Of a stretch of DNA of 64,000 nucleotides, positions 51,819 through 61,812 are shown piece by piece. Under the pieces are notes generated by a model. That model saw only the letters and a program-made list of their open reading frames with translations, did no database searches and had not been told where the DNA came from. Every line of letters starts with the position of its first letter. Positions within the stretch are counted from its first letter, which is position 1. The position numbers were made by a program, and so were the translations under genes. This stretch comes from Octopus sinensis (taxonomy: Eukaryota). The DNA lies in contig NC_043004.1 in the NCBI RefSeq assembly GCF_006345805.1, forward strand, positions 78,120,001 through 78,184,000, written 5' to 3'.

Positions 51819-52388
51819 TGTAATATATATATATTAGTAATAGATTAGTGATAATCCCCACCCCCTTTTCTATCACTCGCTACACCTTCAGAGAAAACAC
51901 AGACTTCCAAAATGGCCAGTTAAGTCAAATCTCATCCTGCTCTTTTCATATTTTTAAGCGTTTTGTTAGGATAGCTTGATCTGTTCTCCCTTCGTTTCTC
52001 TTCTCTAAACATGGCGACTACATGCATTGCATTTTTAAAGTTTATTTTCCTTCAGAGCCATCTTCGATGTTTATCCCATTCTCCTCCGAAAATATGCCCC
52101 CTCGTTTCCTACCGTATTTTTTTCATTATTTATCTATTTTCTTTCTCTACCGTATTTTTTTATTATTTATCTATTTTCACTCATTCTCTCTCTGGCTTTC
52201 ATTCAGTTTTTATCTAATTAATTATTTCTCCCCCTCAAATATAGTATTCAAACTAGTTGCTTCGATTTTGTCGCCCACCCTCCCACCCCCACCACCAATA
52301 CCGGAAGTTTCTACCCAAATACCGGAAACTGCCCCCCCCCCACTAGCACCTATGAAGGGGTTTATCTGAACATATAGCGCAAAAAATT

Positions 52389-55300
52389 GTGAAAAGTATG
52401 CAGGTTGTAGTCGAGAGTTTCCATATGAAATCTGCCAAATGCAAGCTTTCTTTTCAGGTACATGACACGGCTGTCCCTCGTCCCAGGGTCTCTGATGCCC
52501 ACACCTCCCAAACCCTCAGAGTTGGCACGCTCAATGTTGGCACATTGAAAGGTAGGTCTGGAGAGATTGTAGAGCTGCTTGAACGGAGACGTGTGGATGT
52601 ATGCTGTATCCAGGAAGTAAGGTGGAGAGGAGGTTCTGCTAGGCTCCTCACAGGCAAGGAACACAGGTACAAGATTTTCTGGGCAGGGAACACTGACGGA
52701 GTCGGGGGCGGGGGTATACTTCTTGCGGAGAAATGGGTAGGTAAGGTAATCGAGGTAGTCAGAGTAAGTGACAGAGTAATTAAAATTAGATTAGTTCTTC
52801 ACCATAGGACAGCTACCATCATCTCGGCATATGCCCCTCAACCAGGGCTACCGGAAGGACAAAAGACCAATTCTATGACACCCTATTGCGAACTACCTCA
52901 TTGACAAATGACAGTGACCTTCTCTTCGTGGCAGGTGATTTCAATGGACATGTTGGACGACATGTCGGGGGCTTCCATGGCGTCCATGGAGGCTACGGTT
53001 TTGGCTCTCGAAATGAGAAGGAACCAGGCTGCTGGAGTTCTGCGATGCAAATGACCTTATGGTCTGCAATACCCACTTCAGGAAACCCACCTCTCACCTA
53101 GTCACCTACTGTTCTGGCAGACACACCAGCCAGATTGACTACATCCTTGCCAGAAAAAGGGAAAGAGGGCTGATTATAAATGCCAAAACCTTCCCAGGCG
53201 AAGAATGTACTCCCCAACATAGATTAGTAGTTAGCGACTTCAGGATCAGAGCTAAATGGTTGCCCAGAAGAAGACCAGCTTGGAGGAGAAGGGTCTGGAA
53301 GCTTAAAGATCCTGCAAATGGACAGAGATTTAGAGACATACTACTCGAAGCCTCTGACGAAATAGAAGGGGATATAGCTTCACTTAATGTGGAAGACAAC
53401 TGGAGATTCCTACGGGACAATCTGCTGACAGCCACTGACCAGATCTGTGGATGGAGCAAAGTGCCATCCCGACCCAGAGTAACATGGTGGTGGAACACTG
53501 TGGTTGACAGGACTATTAGACAAAAGAGACAGGCTTGGAAGGACTGGAAGAACGGTGGTAGCAGGGAATTGTATCAGACAGCCAAAAGGGAAGCTAGGAG
53601 ACAGGTTTATTTAGCCAGAGGGGAAGCGGATAAGAAAAAATTTGCCAATGTTCTGAGCCGTGAGGATGAAAGACTTGAGGTATTTCGTGTTGCAAGACAG
53701 TGTGTGAGAGAGAATCGTGATGTGGTAGGAGAGAAGTGTGTTCGCATGGATGATGGTTCACTTGCGCTAAATGAGGATGCAAAGAGAGAGGTTTGGAGAT
53801 GCCACTATGAAAGGTTGCTGAATAAAGAAAATGAATGGGATAAAGAGAGTCTGCCGAATGTTGACCCAACAGAGGGACCAGCTATCCGAGTTGATAGTTC
53901 CGTGGTAGCTAAGGCAATTAGAAGCATGAAGACAGGGAAAGCCCCAGGCCCACCAGGAATTACTGCAGAGATGCTCAAAATATCTGGCAGTGTCGGCTAT
54001 AACCTAGTCACCCGTATAGTCAACCAGGTGATACATGAAGGAGTCATACCCAATGACTGGTGTAGCAGCATACTAGTCAACTGCTACAAAGGTAAAGGTG
54101 TGATGCCCTGGATACAAATAATTACAGAGGTATCAAGCTGTTGGATCAGGTAATGAAGGTTACGGAGAGGGTCATAGCCCAACTAATTAGAGAGAGAGTT
54201 AGTTTAGATGAGATGCAGTTTGGGTTTGTCCCAGGGAAAAGCACCACTGATGCTATATTCCTGGTAAGGCAGCTGCAGGAGAAATACCTAGCCAAAGATA
54301 AGACCCTGTACCTGGCTTTCGTTGACATGGAGACAGCCTTTGATAGGGTCCCCCGTTCCCTCATCTGGTGGTCAATGAGGAAACTAGGGATAGATGAATG
54401 GCTGGTGAGGGCTGTGCAAGCCATGTACAGAGATGCCGTAAGTAAGGTTAGAGTTGGCAGCATGTACACAGAAGAATTCAAGGTAGAGTTGGGTCCACCA
54501 GGGTTCAGTACTCAGCCCCCTCCTATTTATCATAGTCCTCCAGGCAATTGTGGAGGAATTCAAGACAGGTTGCCCTTGGGAGCCTCTATGCTGACGACCT
54601 CGCTCTAATCACTGAGTCACTATCAGAACTGGAGGAGAAGTTCCAGGTGTGGAAGGAGGGTTTAGAATCGAGGGGCCTTAGAGTCAACCTAGCTAAAACC
54701 AAAGTACTAATAAGTAGAAAGTTAGAAAATCCACAAATATCCTCAGGAAGATGGCCCTGCTCGATCTGTAGAAAAGGTGTAGGTAGAAACTCTATAAGAT
54801 GTACCCAGTGTAAGCTATGGACACATAAGAGGTGCAGCAATGTCAAAGTAGGCTAACTGGGAAGATAGTTTTTGTATGTGGCAGATGCTCTGGAGCATTG
54901 ACCTCCGAAAATCTGCAGAAAACAACTTCCGTCACTTTCCGGGGGGAAAAACTAGAAGTAGTTGATAGCTTCCGCTATCTAGGTGACCAAGTCAGTAGTG
55001 GGGGCGGGTGCGCTGAAAGTGTAACTGCTAGAATAAGAATAGCCTGGGCAAGTTTAGGGAGCTCTTACCTCTGCTGGTGACTAAAGGCCTCTCGCTCAGA
55101 GTAAAAGGCAGACTGTATGATGCATGTGTACGAACAGCTATGCTACATGGCAGTGAAACATGGGCCGTGACTGCTGAGGACATGCGTAAGCTTGTGAGGA
55201 ACGAAGCCAGTATGCTCCGATGGATGTGTAATGTCAGTGTACTTACTCGACAGAGCGTTAGTACCTTGAGAGAAATGTTGTACCTAAGAAGCATCAGTTG

Positions 55301-55539
55301 TTGTGTGCAAGAGAGACGATTGCGCTGGTATGGTCATGTGGCGAGAATGGATGAAGATAGGTGTGTGAGGAAAGTGCCAATCCCTAGCAGTTGAGGGAAC
55401 CCGTGGAAGAGGTAGACCCAGGAAAACCTGGGACGAAGTGGTGAAGCACGACCTTCGGACGTTAGGTCTCACCATGGAAATGACTAGAGACCGAGACCTA
55501 TGGAAGTATGCTGTGCGTGAGAAGACCCGGCAAGACTAG
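52389..55539 (+). mobile_element. RTE-clade LINE ORF (APE endonuclease + reverse transcriptase), near full length, frameshifted in this sequence
   Basis: Consecutive overlapping ORFs carry APE motifs (GTLNVGTL, CCIQEVRW, VAGDFNGHVG, NTHF, SQIDYIL, QHRLVV) and RT motifs (KAPGP, QFGF, FVDMETAFD, YADD, FRYLG), then an RTE-type C-terminus (LHGSETW, RRLRWYGHVAR, RGRPRKTW) ending at TAG 55537-55539. Confidence 0.95.
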
Positions 55540-56164
55540 TGAAGCCATAATCCGTGGCCCCTACCTGGGACGTAGTCAGTCCACCTGTGCATACCTTCCT
55601 TCTTGTGACACTTGTGAAGACCTGTTGAGGCAAGTGAGAATCGAATCGAATCAAATCAAATCAAATCGAACCAAATCAAAATAGATGAACATCAATGGAA
55701 TTTTATCCTTGTGGTACCAGTGCCGGTGGCACATAAGAAAACCATCCGAACGTGATCGTAGCCAGTACCGCAACGACTGGCCTCCGTGCTGAGGGCACGT
55801 AACAAACACCATCCGAGCGTGGCCGTCCGCCAGCCCGTCTGGCACCTGTGTCGGTGACACATAAGAAAACACCATCCGAGCGTGGCCGTCAGCCAGCCTC
55901 GTCTGGCACCTGTATCGGTGGCACATAAAAAAACACATCCGAGCATGGCCGTCTGCCAGCTTCGTCTGGCACCTGTGTCGGTGGCACATAAAATCACCCA
56001 CTACACTCTCGGAGTGGTTGGCGTTAGGAAGGGCATCCAGCTGTAGAAACACTGCCAGATCTGACTGGCCTGGTGCAGCCTTCGGGCTTGCCAGACCCCA
56101 GTTGAACCGTCCAACCCATGCTAGCATGGAAAGCGGACGTTAAACGATGATGATGATGATGATG
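55540..56164 (+). mobile_element. 3' UTR of the RTE LINE with internal tandem hairpin units and (GAT)n tail
   Basis: Directly follows the ORF stop. Contains repeated GTGCCGGTGGCAC-type units, then ...GGAAGGGCATCCAGCTGTAGAAAC...CCAACCCATGCTAGCATGGAAAGCGGACGTTAAACGATGATGAT. Confidence 0.85.
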
Positions 56165-56737
56165 ATATATATATCTATATATACACACACACACGATGGG
56201 CTTCTTTCAGTTTCTGTCAACCAAATCCACTGACAAAACTTTAATCAGTCTGAGGATATAGTAGAAGACATTTGCGCAAGGTGCTACACAGTGGGACTGA
56301 ACCTGGAACCATGTGGTTGGGAAGCAAGCTTCTTACCACACAGCCACGTCTGTTTTTTTCTTTAAGTTATTTATTTGAAAAAGTGAGAGAAAAATATAAC
56401 ATTTATCATGATTTACACAAATATTTTGCTGTGTGTTTTAGATACAACCATCCGATATCTCTGAAAACCATGCCACAAAATGGTTGAATTTAAAAGATGA
56501 TGAGAGGAATTAATACTAGAAAATTCTATGTTGGCTTTGAAGGAATTATCTTGGGATTATATATTCAATATAATGTATTCCTCAGTAACAGAACCAGACT
56601 TTATTAAACTGTTGGCACCTTTTATTAACTCTTTGATTAAAAGCAGATTCCTTTTGGTATTAATGGGGATAACAAGGATTATAACAGCAAGACTAATAAT
56701 GGCAGCGAAAACAATAATGGTAAGGAAGATAATCTGA

Positions 56738-57030
56738 TAGTGGTGGTGGTGATGATGATGGTAGTGGTGATGGTGATAGTGCTGATGGTGATAGTGGTGG
56801 TGGTGGTGGTGGCGGTGTTGGTGGCAGTAGTGGCAGTGGTGATGGCGGTGATGGTGATGGTGACGGTGGTGGTGATTGTGGTGTTGATGCTGGTGGTGAT
56901 GATGATAGTAATGATGGAGAGTGATAACGATGGCAGGGATTATATAATGAGAATAGTAATGATAAAAATCTTGATGACAGCAATGATAACGATTGCGATG
57001 ATGATTGTGATGATGATGATGATGATGATG
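56738..57030. repeat. (GTG/GAT)n trinucleotide low-complexity tract
   Basis: Visible repeat; source of poly-His/Pro/Val ORFs. Confidence 0.9.
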
Positions 57031-57172
57031 CAATTATATTCAAGGCTTTTTTTTTTAAAGTTTAGCTTCCTCAATTACACTAAAAAGTTAATACATGACC
57101 AAATAGTCACAGATGTGCCTATTTGAATAAGGGTCTTCTATTATAGGCACAGGTGTGCCTATTTGGGCAAGT

Positions 57173-57296
57173 GATGGATATTTGTCCTCATCTTGTTTGT
57201 TGTTAACACAACGTTTTGCTTGATATACCCTCCAGCCTTCATCAGGTATCTTGGGGAAATTTCTAACCTGGGTTCTCATTCCTAGGATATTTTTGA

Positions 57297-57340
<44 letters not shown>

Positions 57341-57636
57341 TCACTGCCTGGAATCGAACTCGGAATCTTGGGGTTAGTAGCCTGTGCTCTGAACCACTAT
57401 GCCATATGCCCATGGGCATATGGCATAGTGGTTAATAAGAATAATATCGAAAACTACCTTAGGAATGAGAACCCAGGTTTGAAACTTCACCAAGACACCT
57501 GAAGAAGGCTGGAGGGCATATCAGCTGAAGTGTTGTGTTAACAACACATGAGATAAGGACAAATATCCGCCAAATGTAAATAATGTAAATAAGGTAAATA
57601 ATGTACATAATTCCTCATCTCTTAAATATAGAACTG
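57173..57636. mobile_element. Head-to-head inverted pair of the tRNA/hammerhead SINE
   Basis: Minus copy 57173-57411 and internally deleted plus copy 57414-57636, joined by a perfect 42-bp palindrome at 57392-57433. Confidence 0.85.
57205..57250 (-). ncRNA. Minimal hammerhead ribozyme-like motif (degenerate copy)
   Basis: Reverse complement reads GATAC CTGATGA A GGCTG GAGGGTATAT CAAGC AAAA CG TT GTGTT. Confidence 0.55.
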
Positions 57637-57880
57637 TATGTTGTTTTTTGTTGTTCTTCCTGTCCTACCTTTGATTTATATATTTATTTCTTTATTGCCT
57701 ACAGGGGGCTAAACATAGAGGGGACAAACAAAGGGATTAAGTCAATTACATCGATCCCAGTGTGTGACTGGTACTTATTTAATCGACCCCAAAAGGATGA
57801 AAGGCAAAGTCAACCTCAGCGGAATTTGAACTCAGAACGTAAAGCCACTTTCATTTATATATTGGTATATATCTATATAG

Positions 57881-57920
<40 letters not shown>

Positions 57921-59951
57921 TGTGTGTGCTTAACAACCAGTGTTGATATGTTTATGTCCCCATGACTTGACAGTTCAGCAAAATAAACAAATAAAATAAG
58001 TTCCAGGTTTTAAAAAAATGCAATACTGGGATCCACTCATTCAGCTAAAAGTTCTTTGAGGTTGTGCCCCAGCATGACCACAGTCTAATAACTGCAAAAA
58101 ATAAAAACTAAAAGAAATAATTGACTTTTGTCATCGTATATCCCCAGGGCAGCCCCTAATCAAAAGTGTACCAGTCATTACTTAGCCATCTTTTTATCTG
58201 ACATAAAGCCCCCGGGAACTTCATTTCGTTTATTATATATAAAAAAAAAAAAAAACAGGAAAATGTGATCTGAGACAGATTTGACTATTATTTTCAGCAA
58301 TGGAAACGACCACTTAGAGGTTCTCACATACCTGACAGAAGCCAATATAAGTATTGCTGAAGGCGACAAGCTGGCAAAATCATTAGCACACTCATTCTAT
58401 CCATCCTTACATTCTGAGTTCAAATTCCACCAAGGTCGACTTTGCCTTTTATCTTTCTGGGGTTCATAAAATAAGTACCAGTTGTGTACCAGGGTTGATG
58501 TAATCCACTTACCCCCTCCCCCAAAATTGCTGGCCTCGTGCTAAAATTTGAAACCAATATAGGTATTGCCTATTATGGAATTTGATGGACAAGTTTACCA
58601 AAAATCAAAACTCCTCGATATGATAATTACTGTTTGAGAGCCATTAATATTTTATTTATATTGATTAATGGATATAAAAAATTTATATCGAAAATAAAAT
58701 TTTTGAAAAAAAATATGGTCTTAAAAATAATACATGTATGTGTATGCTGGTGTACAAATGTATAAGTTTGGATATGTCTGTATATGTGTGCATTTAAATA
58801 TGTATATATGTATATGCATGCATGCATGCATATACATGTATATGTGCATACACACATGTATATATGTGTACATATGAATGTCTGTGTATGCGTGTATATA
58901 AGTGTGCATATGTATGTATGCGCTTGTATATGTATAAGTGTGTCTGCTTTTATGTGTATATATATCTGTGTATAAGTATGTAGTTATGTTTGGTTTTTGT
59001 GTGCAATAATTATTTCAAAGAAATGGTAAAAAAAAAATTATGAAAAAGCAATTAAAAAATATTTAATTAATAATCGCTGCTATAATTATTTGTTATTTTT
59101 TTTTAATTATAAGAGATACCTATTTGAAGAATTCAGAAGAAAAACGTTATTTGCTGTGGAAGCTAAATTAATAAATGTTTTATCAAAGACAATTCTTGAT
59201 AAAGAAAACCACAAAATAAAGAAACAAAAATATTTAATAAATTAGTTTTTTCGGAAAATTACACACGTCTAACTTGACAAAGTAATGACAGAATAGTTGA
59301 CCAAACCTAATGTTATAATTAAATAATAATTAATAAACCATCAATATTGTCGTTTGACATCTGTTTTCCATGCTGGCTTGGGTTGGACGGTTTGACTGAG
59401 GACTGGTGAGCCAGGAGGCTGCACCAGGCTTCAATCCGATCTGGCAATGTTTCTACAGCTGGATGTCCTTCCTAACACCAACCACTCCGAGAGTGGTTGG
59501 TGTTATGTGCCACCGGCATGAGGGCCAGTCACTGGCACCAGCCACACTCAAATGGTGCTTTTTACATGTCACTGACATGGGTCCAGTCAGCCAGCACTGG
59601 CATCGACCACACTCGAAAGGTGCTTTTTACATGCCACAATAATAAAAATCTTTTCTACTATAAGCACAAGACCTGAAAATTTATGGTAGGGGGCTGGTCA
59701 ATTCGATCAACCCCAGTATTCAACTGGTACCAATTTTATCAACTCTGAAAGGATTAACGGCAAAGCTGACCTCAGTGGAATTTAACCTGAGAACCTAAAG
59801 ACAGACAAGATACCTCAAAGCATCTTACCCAGCATGCCAATGATCCTGCAGGCTCACTGTCTTAATAATAACAATAATAATGGTTTCAAATTTTGGCAAA
59901 ATATGCTAAATATTTCACCCAGCTTGTTAACAATTCAGCCAGCTTGCCACC

Positions 59952-59987
<36 letters not shown>

Positions 59988-59989
<2 letters not shown>

Positions 59990-60405
59990 GGCAAAAGAAT
60001 TTGACAAAATTTGAGAAGATTACTAAATAAAAGGACTTGCTAATGGAAATTGAAAATATGTGGCATCTCAGGGCGACTACAGTACCAGTGATTGCAGGAG
60101 CTCTAGGAATGATAAAAGAAAGGTACTGAAACCTATTTGAAAATGATTCCAGGCCAACCATCCCTACAGGAAGTGCAAAAAATCGTGTTAACTGGAACAG
60201 CTCATGTGCTGAGAAGAGCATTATTGCTGTGAAAACAATATCCATTCATGAATTTACTTATTCATTAATTTTTTAAATACATATTTTACCTGTGAATTTG
60301 CGTGTGTAATCTGGGAATGCATACAATGAGCTTCTCTGCCCTAGGTGTATAGAAAACACTCGGCAAGAAATGGAAGAAAATTTGAAGAAAGAAGGAAAAA
60401 TAATA
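59988..60405 (+). mobile_element. Second R4/Dong-type LINE 3' fragment inside (AAT)n
   Basis: KDLLMEIENMWHLRATTVPVIAGALGMIK..YLKMIPGQPSLQEVQKIVLTGTAHVLRRALLL* across frameshifts; (AAT)n upstream and AATAATAAT downstream. Confidence 0.8.
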
Positions 60406-60876
60406 ATGATGATGTATTATAATTTACTGACTTAAAATGCTGTCATAGACAACATTATTTCCTTCTTCAATATCAGTTACTAAATAGTTTTGTGATTCAA
60501 GATTTCAAATAAATGGAAATATCTTCTCTTTTTTTGAAAATAAAAAAACAAAGTCAAATTTATCTCTAAAACTTCATTTCTTCATCATCTCTATTTCCAT
60601 TCACTGATCAATGGTATCGGATAATATAATTATGACAAGTCAATCAGATAGAAGATTTTATTAGAAACAACACAAAACATCAAAACTGTAAATAATTGTT
60701 ACCATTATCGGTTCTCTGGACAAACAATACTCAATATTCTTCAACAGCCAAATTCAATCTAAAGTTTGCTAACGAATTATCAATCAAAGTAATATGAAGA
60801 CAACTTGATAAACCAAAGCTAATGCAGTCAATATTGATAAAGAAGATCATTTTTCGTTCACAGCACAACAGATGCT

Positions 60877-60919
60877 AAAGATGCTAAAGATGCTAAAGAT
60901 GCTAAAGATGCTAAAGATG
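60877..60919. repeat. 9-bp tandem repeat (GATGCTAAA) x ~5
   Basis: Visible; abuts the tail of the minus-strand SINE at ~60920. Confidence 0.85.
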
Positions 60920-61271
60920 TGGATGGGAAGCACTCCGTCGGTTCCGACGACGAGGCTTCCGGTTGATCCGAATCAACAGAACAGCCTGCTCGTGAAATTA
61001 ACGTGTAAGTGGCCGAGCACTCCACAGACACGTGTACCCTTAACGTAGTTCTCGGGGATATTCAGCGTGACACAGAGAGTGACAAGGCCGGCCCTTTGAA
61101 ATACAGGTACAACAGAAACAGGAAGTAAGAGTGAGAGAAAGTTGTGGTGAAAGAGTACAGCAGGGATCACCACCATCCCCTGCCGGAGCCTCGTGGAGCT
61201 TTAGGTGTTTTCGCTCAATAAACACTCACAACACCCATTCTGGGGCTAAAGATGTAACCAAAATGTCACAC

Positions 61272-61812
61272 ATCATCATCATCATCGTTTAACGTCTGCT
61301 TTCCATGCTAGCATGGGTTGGACGAATAACTGAGGGCTGGTGAACCAGATGGCTGCACCAGGCTTCAATCTTGATCTGGCAGAGTTTCTACAGCTGGATG
61401 CCCTTCCTAATGCCAACCACTCTGAGAGTGTAGTGGGTGCTTTTACACGCCACCGGCGCAGGGCCAGTCAGGCAGTACTGGCAACGGCCAAGCTCAAATG
61501 GTGCCTTTTATGTGCCACCGGCATGGGGCCAGTCACGCGGTACTGGCAACGACCTCGCTTGAATCTGTTATACGTACCACCGGCACAGGTGCCAGTAAGG
61601 TGATGCTGGTAACGATCACGGTCGAATGGTGTCTTTTACGTGCCACCGGCACGGAGGCCAGATAGCTGTTCTGGCAATGATCACGCTCGGATGGTGCTCT
61701 TAATACCCTACTAGCATGGGGCTCGAGTGCCAGTAAGGTGGCACTGGTAACGATCATGCTCGAATGGTGCGTTTTAAGTGCCACTGGCACGGAAGCCGGT
61801 TAGCTGCTCTGT
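61272..61812 (-). mobile_element. RTE 3' UTR truncated copy with ~7 tandem units
   Basis: (ATC)n tail and repeated GTGCCACCGGCAC units. Confidence 0.8.

Noticed and set aside
56557-57126. Poly-His, poly-Pro and poly-Val/Met ORFs
   Set aside because: Trinucleotide microsatellite artefact.
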